A stretch of DNA of 63,760 nucleotides, counting the filler, from Reticulomyxa filosa (Eukaryota > Protista > Foraminifera), in assembly GCA_000512085.1 (NCBI GenBank). It is 21 parts of 21 records of this genome, joined end to end, with 100 filler letters (N's around TTAATTAATTAA, not from the genome) between each part and the next. Parts side by side here need not be neighbours in the genome. Positions count along the whole stretch, not along the records: positions 51,440 to 52,945 come from ASPP01009438.1; positions 53,046 to 54,945 come from ASPP01040049.1; positions 55,046 to 56,207 come from ASPP01035583.1; positions 56,308 to 61,604 come from ASPP01013376.1; positions 61,705 to 63,760 come from ASPP01008151.1; 16 more parts are not named here. The stretch is one strand, 5' to 3'. Below are positions 51,460 to 63,760 of this stretch, piece by piece. A model generated the notes under the pieces. The model was not told where the DNA came from and made no database searches. It saw nothing but the letters and a program-made list of their open reading frames with translations. How positions within the stretch are numbered: position 1 is the stretch's first letter; each line of letters begins with the position of its first letter. The position numbers were made by a program, and so were the translations under genes.

Positions 51460-52854
51460 GACAACCATCAACCGAAAAAAGACAAAAACGCATACAACGG
51501 GGTGCACACGCCTCAAAGCGTGCCTCGTGTGATGACGCAAGTGAACCTTGGGAGCATGGCAGCGATGCATAAAACTCCGTCGCTACATTCGAACATGTTG
51601 ATAAAGATTGAGGAGAACAACGAGATTTCGAAAGAAATCGAGTTCGACATTGTGGACATGTCTGTGCCGGCGTTCCTGCACACGAACGCGGAGAACTACA
51701 TCAACGACAGCGAGTTCGACATCGACAATGAAGTGTATGGCAACGAAGAGGATGAGGATGAGGATGAGGACGAGGAGTACAACACGCATAAGAGGAACGA
51801 CGGACCTGTGGACCAGCAATACGCGCGTCCGAGGAATACGTCTGTTACTCACACGATTACAGGCACCGGCACCGGTACTACTACAGCAACAACGACAACA
51901 ACAACTACTACTACTACTACTTCAAGAGTAACAACGACAGCACCAACATCGACAACATCAACATCGGCACCAACGTCAACATTAACATCGACAATGACCA
52001 CTACTGCCAATACCACAACTAGTACAACGGGTAGTAATAGTCCGGATGTTCCAATTGCCATAGCCATTGCAACTGATACAACAACAACAACAATGACGAC
52101 GACAACGACGACAACGACGACATCGACATCGACAACAAAAATGAATACAGGTATTGATACTGGTGTTGATGTGAATAAGAATATGAATATTCCAAATGGC
52201 AAGAGTAGTGATGACGAACACGTAGATGAAAATGAACATGAACATAGTAATGACAATAGCAACGGCACAGGCAAGAGCAAGAGCAAGAGTAAGAGTAGCA
52301 AAAATAGCAAGAATAGCAAGAGCAAGAACAAAAGTAAGGTTGCTGCAATTGGCTCTAGCATCGGAACAGCACTTGGAACCGTCGCGGACGCAGGTGCAAT
52401 GCTGTTCAATCTGGCAATGAACATGGACCACGAAAATGAAGACGTAGCGCAGACCATTGTGACAAACCATGGCCATGATGTCGGCACCACGTTCCATGAG
52501 ATCACCGCGTTGCCATCCAACAATGACACGGTACTTCACACGCAAGATAATCACAGCAAAGAGCATCTACGAGACGCCACGCCCACAAAAATGTTGTCGT
52601 TGCAAGTGTCTTCCAAACAAAACCGCAGTTCGGAAGACACGACTCGAGACTCGATATTGAACCTGTTGGGTGATGACAAAATCAGTCAGTTGATTTATCA
52701 GTCTTCACATACCGCCAGCAGTAGTAGCAACCACAAGCTCATTCATCCTCATCCCAACTCACAACTGCCCCTCAGCCACGATATCATCATGCAACAGCAA
52801 ACACTTTTGCCCGATCATCATTCCAAAGACTGTTGTCAATGCAATATTTTGTGA
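51460..52854 (+). CDS. Hypothetical low-complexity Thr/Asp/Ser-rich protein (partial)
   Basis: 450-aa uninterrupted ORF filling the contig between homopolymer introns. Confidence 0.65.
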   Translation, partial: DNHQPKKDKNAYNGVHTPQSVPRVMTQVNLGSMAAMHKTPSLHSNMLIKIEENNEISKEIEFDIVDMSVPAFLHTNAENYINDSEFDIDNEVYGNEEDEDEDEDEEYNTHKRNDGPVDQQYARPRNTSVTHTITGTGTGTTTATTTTTTTTTTTSRVTTTAPTSTTSTSAPTSTLTSTMTTTANTTTSTTGSNSPDVPIAIAIATDTTTTTMTTTTTTTTTSTSTTKMNTGIDTGVDVNKNMNIPNGKSSDDEHVDENEHEHSNDNSNGTGKSKSKSKSSKNSKNSKSKNKSKVAAIGSSIGTALGTVADAGAMLFNLAMNMDHENEDVAQTIVTNHGHDVGTTFHEITALPSNNDTVLHTQDNHSKEHLRDATPTKMLSLQVSSKQNRSSEDTTRDSILNLLGDDKISQLIYQSSHTASSSSNHKLIHPHPNSQLPLSHDIIMQQQTLLPDHHSKDCCQCNIL

Positions 52855-53045
52855 TGAGTCAAAATGGGACCTTTTTTTTGTTTGTTTGTTTGTTGTTTTT
52901 TTTTTTTTCTTCTCTTCTTCTTTTTTTTTTTTTTTTCCTCTCTCTNNNNNNNNNNNNNNNNNNNNNNNNNNNNNNNNNNNNNNNNNNNNTTAATTAATTA
53001 ANNNNNNNNNNNNNNNNNNNNNNNNNNNNNNNNNNNNNNNNNNNN

Positions 53046-54945
53046 TTTTTTTTTCTTTTTAAAACATATCCAACGATGGTATGGCCTTGGAGCTTTCTTT
53101 TTCTTCCTCTTTATCATCATCTTCCTCATCTTTATCTGCTTACTCGCTGATGACCTTGATTTGAGTTTCGGAAAACTCATCCACCAAATTGAGCCACGCT
53201 ATCGGAAGAATAGTTCAATGTGAGAGTGGCTCACTCAACAGCCATGGTGTGATTATTTATTTCACACAATGTTGTCTTCCATTTCTTCGGCCAAGCCAGT
53301 CACTGCTGTCCTTGCGATACTGCAATGTCAATATCGTTTCCATTTTGTGCGATATTATCGCTTTTTTTTTCTTTCTTCTTGACAGACTCGCATTCGTAGT
53401 CGGACAGCAACAAGATCCAGATCGCCCGCGATTGAACTGGAACAACTTTTTTCAACGGTTTCAATGGCATCATATAATTGATGTCTTCGAAATACAAATT
53501 CATCAGCTATCGCCATTGCGATGAGAGACACACTTTGACCTTGAATAATGGTCGGTTTGGACATTCTTGCATCTATCACATCATGGGTCCATTCGACACT
53601 TTTTGGATTTTCAATCCGATGAGAAAGGGTACCATTTTTCATTATTAGATGCGTTCGCTGTTGTTCTTCTTCTTCATGATTACTCCCATTAGAATACTCA
53701 CGAATCAAAATCCAAAGTCGCGAATTGTACGCACGCACACACGGCCAGTTTCTGCACAAATGCTCAGTCTCTGCGTTCACAGAATTAGCACTGTTTCCAT
53801 AACGATCGAGTGTTTATTGTTCGTCGGCGCCAGTAGATTGCAGTTCGACACTCTCTTTGGTGATGTGTCACGCCAACAATTATCCGCAGAGATTTTTTGT
53901 ACGCATATGTTGATGATAAAAGTTCTTGCCAATATTTTAGGTTGCTACTGCTTGAAATTGCCGCACTTTTTTCCAGCATTTTCAATTGAGACTCGCGATA
54001 TGGGAAGATAGTCCACGTCCGTGAGTGGCGACTTTGCGCTTTCCCAGGGATAAAGAGCAAATCCAACACAATCTTTTCTTCTCTTTATTCTCATTTCTAT
54101 CTTCTTGATTGTCGGTGTCTTGATGCGAGTATCGCACACAACTCTTTCACCGAATTGAGTCAATGTCATACGGAATCATAGCGCTTTTCTCGATTTCTTT
54201 GTGAATTGTTTTTTAGCATCGTCCGTGCTCTTTTCGAATCGCCTTCTACTTCTCCGCCTAAGTCCAGTCACTGTCGCCATTGCGACACCGTCGTGTTGAT
54301 ATAGTTTTTACTATGTGCGATATCGCCGTCTTCTTTTCATTTCTTCTTGGCGAGCTTGCTTTCGCATTCAGGCAGCACCAAGATCGAGATTGTTTGGAAT
54401 TGGTCTGGGACAATCTTGTCCCACTGTCCCATTGCCACCATATAATGGACGTCTTCCAACTGCGAAATTCATCAAACCTCTTCGCTCTTGTGATGAGAGA
54501 TACACACTTTGGCATTGGAATAATATGCTCGTTATTGGAAACGTTCGCATCATCGACATACGCTCATTCGACAATGTCTGGATTGGCGATCCAATGAGAT
54601 AGAGTGATATTTTTCCCTTTCTTTTTCATTATTGGACGTATTCCTTGTTTCTATTCTTTATGCATTTCTTGCGTGACATGATTGAACGTGACTTTTTGAG
54701 TACGACAAGGGTCACTACTGCTTCACAAATCAAAACTGCCGATTCGCATCCAACTCAAATGAATACAAATTGGTGACTTCATTGCCCTCCAATTGCTGGG
54801 ACAATTCAACGAATACAAAGTATTGCGTCGCATCCAACATGCCTCCTGCATTCCACAGTCGATCATTGGAGACAATGTAGTAATGATAATTGGCGCTTGT
54901 TCGAAGCCAGGAAATGCGGCTAGTTCTATCTTTCTCCACCGATCG
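53046..54945 (-). pseudogene. Frameshifted gene(s) with diverged internal duplication
   Basis: Coding-like composition; 53298-53655 aligns with 54265-54640; no continuous frame. Confidence 0.45.
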
Positions 54946-55134
54946 NNNNNNNNNNNNNNNNNNNNNNNNNNNNNNNNNNNNNNNNNNNNTTAATTAATTA
55001 ANNNNNNNNNNNNNNNNNNNNNNNNNNNNNNNNNNNNNNNNNNNNGTATTAATCTCTTCTCTAATCCTTGCAAGAGATCTTAACACTCAGAATTAAAACG
55101 AATGAAATATTTCATTCAGCAATAAGATAATTAA

Positions 55135-55347
55135 TTAAACTCCAAGTTTGTCCATATGCATAGAAATTCTTTTATGGAAAGTTCTGCTTTTATTCATTGC
55201 TTCGTTGTTATAAAAAGCCGCATTTTCATTTTCTCCAAACTCGTCGTAGTATCCATAACGTAATCTACGACCTCGTCCTCGTCCTCTTCGATTATTAGGT
55301 CTTGGGTTGGTAAATTTACTGGCATTCCTTACTTTCCAACTTGCCAT
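55135..55347 (-). CDS. First exon of a hypothetical RG-rich protein
   Basis: ATG-initiated ORF with RRGRGRGRR, ending at a GT near the contig end. Confidence 0.4.
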   Translation of the reverse strand: MASWKVRNASKFTNPRPNNRRGRGRGRRLRYGYYDEFGENENAAFYNNEAMNKSRTFHKRISMHMDKLGV

Positions 55348-55799
55348 TTATAATGTTTACGGATGAATTGTCAAAAAAAAAACGGAGAGATTTTTCTTAG
55401 CGTTGTCCCCTTCGCTGTGTTTGAAGAAATTGATAGTAAAAATTAGATGATGAAGCGTTCCTCAATTATAAATCGTGTATAAATAATGAACAAACTCTCA
55501 CGCAATATGACTCTTTTTTATTTTGAAATCCAATTTTCACATCAAAACACTTACAAAATAACTCGCTACAATCAGTTGCAGAAATACTGAACTTATAAAC
55601 AACTAAAAAACTAAAAAAAAAAACCAATTTTATTAAAATCAGAGAAAAATATCAAGTTCGAGAAAAGACTAAAAAGAAATGGAAGAAAAATATCCAGAGG
55701 AAACGCGTGTTAATGAAATCTCAAAAGTAAAGGAAGAACTAGACACAACAAAAGAAAAACTAAGAAATGTAATACAAAATGATTGATTGATGCTTTTAA

Positions 55800-56167
55800 T
55801 TTTTTGATCAATAGATCAGATATTAAAAAGAGATCTATATATGGACAGGGTAAATATGCGATCTACTTGAAAGAATGGCACTGAAATTGAATGAAAATAA
55901 TTGAAGGAAGTCTTAAACTCTTTAATGCGTATATTCAATGACAAAAGTGATGATGTAAATGTGCGTAGGAAATGTGCAGAATTACTTGGGACAATAGCAG
56001 CGAAACTGAATGGAAAATATTTTGATGATACTCTTCAATATTTGGTAAATGGATTAAAAGATAGGAATTGGAGTTTTCAGTGGTCATGTCAACAAGCGCT
56101 TGCAAAGAAATGGAAGGAAAAGATGCAGCAACTTCTGGCTCATATGTTTGTATTTAGAGCAGCGTAG
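55800..56167 (+). pseudogene. HEAT-repeat fragment
   Basis: LMRIFNDKSDDVNVRRKCAELLGTIA...LVNGLKDRNWSFQWSCQQAL fits the HEAT pattern L...L.D....VR..A...LG; the upstream frame is broken. Confidence 0.7.
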
Positions 56168-56459
56168 TTCAACGTTATTTGTTTGAAATTACAGCAGACC
56201 TAAAAGANNNNNNNNNNNNNNNNNNNNNNNNNNNNNNNNNNNNNNNNNNNNTTAATTAATTAANNNNNNNNNNNNNNNNNNNNNNNNNNNNNNNNNNNNN
56301 NNNNNNNAAATGAAAGATTAAAATTTTTGAAAAAATTTTAAATACTTAATAAAAAACCAAAATGATATTTAAAAACTACAATGTTTGTAGATATTTTTAA
56401 AAAAAATTTTGATTAAATGCTGTTTTTTCATGGAGGAACACAATCATCTCTATAAGATG

Positions 56460-56496
56460 GCATTTTATGTGTCAACTTTCTTTCTATCCTACTGTA
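56460..56496. mobile_element. Tc1/mariner-like terminal repeat end plus TA (second copy)
   Basis: GCATTTTATGTGTCAACTTTCTTTCTATCCTACTG-TA; 3 mismatches and 1 indel versus 25205-25242. Confidence 0.55.
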
Positions 56497-57334
56497 TCTA
56501 AATCAATTAAGATTGTACTTTGCAGTAATAACAATTTGTACGAAGATCCTTAAAGCATTTTTTCTTTTAAATAGATTTATTGACAAAATAAAACTAATGG
56601 TCCAAATAAAACTAATTTTGTCGAATCCTTAAAATCAATTTCCTCTATTATTGTAAAATAATAATTATCGTGATTATAGAAAAGCAAAATTGGGGATACA
56701 TAATGTTAAATTTAAAAAAAATGAAAATATGATAATACATTGATTTGTTTTGTTTATTATTGTTAACATTGCTTAAGCAATGATAGATTATGAAAAAAAA
56801 GTCAAATGCTTTTTAGTTTTGCAAAGTAATCTGATAGAATATTATAATTTATGTTCATATCAAGTGGTAATGAACAAAGTTATAACAGTTAGAAACTAAC
56901 AATTTAGTGATTAGTAAAATAAAATAAAAATCTACAATTAAACAAAAAAAAAACAATATTCATAAAGCTAAAAAAATTATTTTTAACATATATTTAATGT
57001 ACACTTTCACATGATGAAACGCTTGAATTAATATAATAAAATATTACAATTTATTACTTAATCGCAGAAAAAAATCACGATAATGTAGGTAAATATTGCA
57101 TTGCTATATTAAATGTAAATAAAAGTTCAAATTTACTAACATTACAAACTTAGATTAAGTAGAATACGAATATGTGATTATTTTTTGTTAAGACCATGCT
57201 GAACTTTTTGATCGAATAAAAAAAATTTAGTAAACAAAAAATTATGTTTTTTCGTATAATATTCTTTCAGTTTTTCAATTATATACTTATTATCTTCCTC
57301 GATGAATAGAAACTTATAGACAAAGAAGATGATC

Positions 57335-58510
57335 ATGCCAAAAGTATCTGATATCACACCAGAAGGTATGTACTTGGCTTTCTTTGAAAATGTTTTTTGT
57401 TAAATTGAACTTAAATTTTTGAAATGTTTTTTAAAATTAATGAAATTTAATAAAAAATTAACAAATAAAAATCCAAAAATGGATAAAACAATATTGATTG
57501 AATAATGGAAAAAAATTGATAAATATTATTTGTTGAAAATTATTTGAATGAATCTTATTGTTAATTAAAAATTAGATAAATAGTATTAATTGGATAAAAA
57601 TAGATGATATTTCTTGAAAATAAAAAATGGAAAAATAATGAATATGAATTGGTTATTGAAAAATGAATGAATAATATTGATCGAATTGAAATTAAATGAA
57701 TATATAAATAAGAAATTAATGTATGTATGTTATATATTTAAATATATATTTATACATATATTATAATATGTTTACTCGTTTGTTTTTGTTATAGCGTAAA
57801 AGGCCATTTCTTTATTAGACCGTCAAGATTTAAACGATTGTATGTAATATATAATAATATACAAATATCTATATTTTGTTTTTTTTTTTATTATATAGTA
57901 CAAAAAGGCATTTCTGAATTAGGCCGACAATTACCTGAAGAAAAAAAAGAAGATGAAAAATGATATGATATAGATTATAGTTCATCATCTGATAAACTTA
58001 GATATCCACCATTATCATCTGATAATGAATGTTCAGAAAAAGAAAACAAGCAATTGGAGCGGAACTATTATCATTAGGACCGTTATCGTTACAATAATTA
58101 CAATCACCACAGCAATCAGCAACAGTTATTATTACCAAAATTATCAGTGTTATAATTATTATCATCATCACCAGTAGATTAAAAAGAAGAACCAGTAAGT
58201 TCTGATGATCATATGGACGATAAATATTTACATCAAGTGTATGTATTGTACATGATGAATATTCATAAAGTATCAAACAACATCAACATATGTTCATCAA
58301 GTGGATATATTGAACTGGATGGATATGCACATATCACAACAACAGTAACAACAACAAATATATGTTCATCAAGTAGATATGGTTGAACCAAATCCAAAAG
58401 ATTTGACAGAATTTACTGTTATATCATATGATGAACCACAATTCAACAAATTAATAGCATCACTAGCGCATAAATTTCCATATAATGATATTTCCAATTA
58501 TATGCAGATT
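57335..58510 (+). pseudogene. Degenerate multi-exon gene
   Basis: Short exon-like blocks flanked by GTATG/TAG sites (MPKVSDITPE; KAISLLDRQDLND; QKGISELGRQLPEEKKEDEK); downstream frames are broken. Confidence 0.35.
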
Positions 58511-60281
58511 GTTTTTTCATTTTTTTTGTTAATTAATAATCAGTTTGATATAAACATAAACTTGATTTAATTAAAGTATTAATCTATTGCAATGTCATAA
58601 TGCATATTATTTGACTATGTTTCATGCAAAGTATTTGTTAAATAAATAATTTTACAATTTTAATTGTCAAAATTATAAGTCGTCATAACAAGTTGTATAC
58701 ATATCCTTAAAAACACTTTTCTATTAATAGATTTTACTATCAATAAAAAATTCAAGATTCAGATAATATACTACAAATATTTTTTCTTTTAGTACTATTT
58801 AGAAAAATAGTTATATTGTAGTGTATAATTTGTAGAATACTTGAAATCATTTTTTTACATAATTTACATTATTATAAAAAGATAAATTAAGTGTTTATAA
58901 AGCTTAAGAAAAAAAGAACTTAACATAAAACAAGTAATGCAAATATTCACTTATTTATCTAAAGAAAACGCAAAGTGCATTATTGTGACAAATGCTTTTC
59001 ATCATGATACTACTACATATTTAATTATCACAAACTAAAGAATTTGCGAATGATTTAAACAAATATCATTTTTACTTAAACTTTATTTATCATAAATTTT
59101 ACTTTTCTATTCATGATAATTATGTTTTAAGTATTTCAAAATCATATATTCTTTAATGTTCAAATTTAGTTTTCTGTAAATAATAAAGAAAAATTTAATT
59201 ATATACATATATAAATAAAATTGATTTTAAGGACTCGACAAATAATAGAATAACTAAATACTTAATTTTATTTTTTCACAATGACTCTAATATACAAATT
59301 GTTATGATATAATTTTAATTAATTGACATAAAAAAAAATAAACTCAAGAATAGTTTATAATAAGATTTTATATTTGAAATTTTGTAGAAATGCTGAATTA
59401 TAGTCTTTTGACAACTATGACTTTACAAATTTATTTTTTCATTTTTGATAATTCGAAACTAGCCAAAACTATTGATAATACACAGAAAATGATAATTTGA
59501 AAATGTATTATAATACATACCGAAAAGACATAATCTTATGAATACTTTGTACTGAATTCCCATTTTAGTTTTTCTTTTTCACCGTCATCATTAATAGCAA
59601 TGCTTCCATTTGTAACTATCCCCGAATGAATTGTTGTGAACTGTTGTTTGATTTAATCGTTTTCATTACATTTACATTCCAATTCACAACTGCCTTTAGT
59701 TAGGTCTTTTTTATGCAACTGCAATGAGACCATTGCATTACTGTCAATTGAACATATCTGTTTTCAACAATATTGCGCTGTTGCTCAAGTAATTGTTCAA
59801 CCTTTACAAAAAAGTTGTTGTAGCTTTTATATAATTGAAGTATAATTGACTTATCAAACAAGTTGTATACAGATCCTTAAAAAATTTTTCTGTTAATAGA
59901 TTTCACTGTATGAAGAAAACTCAGTATTTAAAGAAAATGCAAATTACATTAATTGTGGCAAATGCTTTTCATCATGATATTACTACATATTCAATTATCA
60001 ATAATTTGTAAATGATTACAACGCTTAATATGATTTACAATATGTTTCAAAAATTTAAGTAATTAACTTTCAAAAATATCAAATACTAATTTTCATTTTT
60101 ACTTGTTGCCAGTATTCAAATATTACTTTATAACAGAAATACTAATAGATATGACGCATATACATCATTTTGACAAAATCGTCCATACGTAGAATAAAGT
60201 TTTATTCGAATACAGTTGATATTTCAAAAGACACCAAAAATACACTTTTCTAGAACTCAGCAAATAAAAAAAAAAGGGAAA

Positions 60282-60366
60282 AAAGGAAAAAAAACGAAAA
60301 GAAAGTAAAACTATTGATCAGGTGGCCGCCTGACTAATAGTTTTATTTTCTTTCTGTTTTTCCTTT
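60282..60366. repeat. Spacer-less imperfect palindrome
   Basis: Arms of about 42 nt centred on TCAGGTGG|CCGCCTGA (60325/60326). Confidence 0.85.
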
Positions 60367-60819
60367 TTTTTTTTATTTTTTTTTTATTTTTTATGTTTTA
60401 ACAAAGCGAATTAAAATTAAACCATATGATCAAACTAGTTTTTACTTATAGTTGAAGATGTTACAACTTGCTTTTCACTTTTCATTGCGAATGCAAATTT
60501 AATCAACAATATTATATTTTCTGACGAATAACAGTATTGCAATCACTTCAGTTACAGTATCTGTGATAACAATGACTTTGATTTCGAATACATCCACGCG
60601 ATTTAATAAATGATTTGGAAGTGAGATTAAATTTTGTTTTTGTGTAGCTGTCAAATGGCATGCTAAATTCTTTAATCATTTCATTGTTCCATTAGATTTG
60701 GAAAAAATATTGATAATGCAATAATTTTGAATGTATATTTTTTATAAACAGCTTCACTTAAACTTTCAACAATTTCTAAAATGAAGAATAATTAATGCCA
60801 AAAATGATATCAAATCAAA

Positions 60820-61250
60820 ACTGATTAAATTTATTTATGGTCAGCTTTGTAAATTCAATTCAAAGAAAAAGCTATTTATGTAATTTTATTGGAATACTTC
60901 AACAAATATATTAGGTGAAATGAGTCCAGCAAGTTGTATTGGTGTCAAATCGATATTGAAAAATTAAGAAAACAATCAGAAGAAGATATAACAATGTCAT
61001 TCAATAGCTCTGCGTATAGCATATTCTATCTCAATTTTTAATCATTCAAAAACCCAATACACCCCTCTTGTTTGTCAGTGACTATACACCGCTATTGTTC
61101 TCACGTAATTTTTATCCATATCATACATGTCACTGTTGATATTAAAATCACCATCTTCAACTGCTTCCTTCCAATTCAATGGATGGTGAAGCATCTCTTC
61201 CACATTTTTTGACAACCAAAGCCAAACAGCATTGGCCGAAACATGCGTTT
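60820..61250 (-). mobile_element. Decayed non-LTR retrotransposon APE-type endonuclease
   Basis: Minus strand reads GDFNIN (61141-61152)...ENNSG...NIDLT...(S/A)DH in the expected order, interrupted by stops. Confidence 0.5.
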
Positions 61251-61704
61251 TTTTTTGTTTCAGTTACTACCTTGGAAAAAAGACAATAGAAATTGTCGAC
61301 AATTAAAACTTGCGTTTTTTTAATGAATGAATTGGATGAATTACAAAGTATAATTTGTTTTTATAATCAACACTTTCAGTTTTCAAATAAGAATGTAAAA
61401 AGCATAGCTACTTTAAAATTTTTTTGTCTTCTTTGATGCATTTGATGTAAGTCAAATGTATGGAACTGAGACAGACATAACAACAATAGCAGATTTCACA
61501 AACATGAAAACTTTAAAAGAAAAAGGGGCAAGTGAAAAAAAAAGGGAAGAGCTTTTGGAGTTTTTTTTTGCAGTAGTCATCTGACTTTGAACAAGTATGT
61601 CTTTNNNNNNNNNNNNNNNNNNNNNNNNNNNNNNNNNNNNNNNNNNNNTTAATTAATTAANNNNNNNNNNNNNNNNNNNNNNNNNNNNNNNNNNNNNNNN
61701 NNNN

Positions 61705-62552
61705 TTTTTTTTTTTTTTTTTTTTCCCCCTTTTTTTTTTTTTTTTTTTGCAAACCGAATGAAAAGGCTGGTGGTGGTGGTTTAACAACCGATACTCTTCC
61801 TCCTCTTGGCTGTTGATTCATTATGTCCAGTTGCGCATTTTTGTCGTTTTGACTCAAATAAGCCACTTTTGGCTTTGCACTCATTATCTCCATTGTTTGT
61901 TGCTGAAATTGACTTGAACCACGAATTCGCCCAGCTACGCTCACGCGCTTGTTTGAAAGGGGCAAGTTGTTGTTCTGGCTATTGGTCTGTATTCGTTGTT
62001 GCTTTTCCAATTGCTCTTGTAATGTTGTTATCTTCGAATACCAATATACTCCATAAATACATGCTACCATCACACAACACATTAATATCACTCCTAATAA
62101 TATCACTAATACTATCAATACCACTTCTACTACATCAGAATTGCCGGATGATGATGATGATGATGATGACGACTTTTTTTTTCCCACACACACACACGCC
62201 GAAAGTACCCCCCCCCAAAGCAATACACATTTTGACAAAGTTAATATTCATTTGGATATAGTTGTCAGCTTACATTTGTTTTTTTTTTTTTTTTTTGATT
62301 GCTGCTCCTTATTTATTTTGTTTGATGCTACATAAAAAAAAAAAAATGATCTTTGTCTTAAATTGCCTAGAAGGCATTCAACGTTATGTTTGTACGTGAG
62401 TAAGGTACGAGCTTAGTTGTTGTAAGACGCTTTTGTAGCAGTTTGATTTTCAATAAAGGCATTAGCCCAACCTGTGCTGAAGCAAAACATAATAGCGTGG
62501 CGATAAATGGGAGTAATCTCATCAACGACAAACGTGAAGCCATAAGAATCAT
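61705..62552 (-). CDS. Single-pass membrane protein with signal peptide (3'-partial, spliced)
   Basis: Hydrophobic N-terminus LLPFIATLLCFASAQ; poly-Ser; long TM segment; Gln-rich tail. Confidence 0.55.
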
Positions 62553-62947
62553 CTTTGATTCTTTTTTAATTTAAAAAAAATCTCAGGGCAAAACGCCTAC
62601 GACTAATTGTTTTAATTTGCTTTTTATAAACAGAAAAAACAGCACTGATTGACATCTAACTTTTAAAATTAATGATAGTCTAATTATTTGTTTGCCTCAA
62701 GACTTTCTGCTACGAGTATGAACAAAAAAAAAACTTTTTGTCGATATAATAATTATCACCAAAAAATGTAAAGAATACTCTTTTCAAACGTATTTTATTG
62801 TTCCATCTTTTGTAAGAGATTTGATCCACCGGGTTGTGGTCAACATTAGAACAGCTGACCATGAAAAATCACACAAAAAAATATACATTTTTCAAGGCAT
62901 TCACTCATAAGGACAACCACACACAAAAAAGAAACAAAAAGGCAAAT

Positions 62948-63760
62948 TTAGTCATCAAAAGCAGCAAAGGTGTATTTGCCACCATCATCTCCAGTGCCAG
63001 TGGCGTCTTTATCTTCTGGAGTAAAGGCATCCAACCAGGTGTCATCTCCTTCATTGGCAGTTTTCAACAAACCATCGGTTTTTTCTTTTTCTTTTTCTTT
63101 TTCTTTAGGTTTTTTCGAGCTGTCTTCTTTTTCCTTTTTTGCTATATTTTATCAATCGTAAGTATGTGTACGTCTTTTCACTCAATCATGTATAAAACCT
63201 GCAATTTTTTTTTTTAGATACCCCCGGTCTCCTTTTTTTTTTTTTTCCAAAAAAAAAAACGCAACTTGGTGTTCGTGTCGTCATCTGACTTATTATCTGA
63301 GGCCGTGTGTTCCTCCTCGTCTTCATTTTTCTCTTTTTTGGAAGGTTTAGCTTTTGGTTTTTCTTCTGTTTTTCTTTTTGTTTATTTTTATTTTTATTTT
63401 TATTTTATTTCGTCTCATCGGAGAAAAAAATAAAACGAAAGAAAGTTCTGATCACTAAACTTTGCAGGAAGTCTATTTTTTATCAAATTGAAAAACAAAA
63501 AAAAAAACAAACAAACAATTCTTTGTCGTCTATAAGTTCTTCCCCCCCTTCAAAAGTAATTCAACGTACCCCAAAGCTTCAGATCGCGCAGCTTCCAAGT
63601 CTTTCTCATGGGTCAAAAAGTGAACAACTCGGTTGGCATGCTTTCTTACTGTTCCATCGACCGACAAAAACAGAAAAAGAAAATCACAAAAAAAGTGATC
63701 GGAAAGCGTTTTTGAAATTTCTTTCACTTGACCATATTCTTAAAAAAAAAAAAAAAAAAA
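62948..63760 (-). CDS. ENTH-domain (epsin-like) adaptor, 3' part
   Basis: VRKHANRVVHFLTHEKDLEAARSEA resembles the last ENTH helix (VREKAKQLVALL.DE..L..ER..A). The acidic tail DDTWLDAF...FAAFDD* resembles adaptor-ear-binding motifs. Confidence 0.5.

Overview
This window is not one locus. It is 21 short contigs joined by 20 identical 100-bp artificial linkers (N44-TTAATTAATTAA-N44, a six-frame stop spacer), so adjacency across a linker means nothing. Most contigs are AT-rich, intron-containing eukaryotic DNA with homopolymer/microsatellite introns, poly-Asn/Thr tracts, many frameshifts and pseudogenes. The gene families resemble those I recall from the foraminiferan Reticulomyxa filosa (inference, not a database hit). 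Recognisable genes: a KY/hillarin-type transglutaminase with about 7 Ig-like repeats, two paralogous 7TM receptor-like genes, an ADP-ribosyltransferase(R-S-E)-Kelch fusion, a PB1-like/caspase-like gene with Ser at the catalytic Cys, NAE1, a RimK-like ATP-grasp ligase, a Rac GTPase, TBC1D23, a SecA-type DEAD ATPase next to a tandem-PB1-like gene, a HEAT-repeat fragment and an ENTH-like adaptor. Mobile relics: a Ty3/gypsy integrase with a short LTR-like unit, a LINE endonuclease, a Tc1/mariner-like end shared by two contigs, and a tRNA-like retrocopy. One contig is clearly GC-rich bacterial DNA and another is a probably foreign intronless ORF. The best unexplained candidates are a densely base-paired non-coding island at 25300-25990 and a set of immunity-like modules (ART, pseudo-caspase, SecA-like ATPase, PB1-like adaptors, a recurring W-x-R...GWI motif). 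None is proven from sequence alone.
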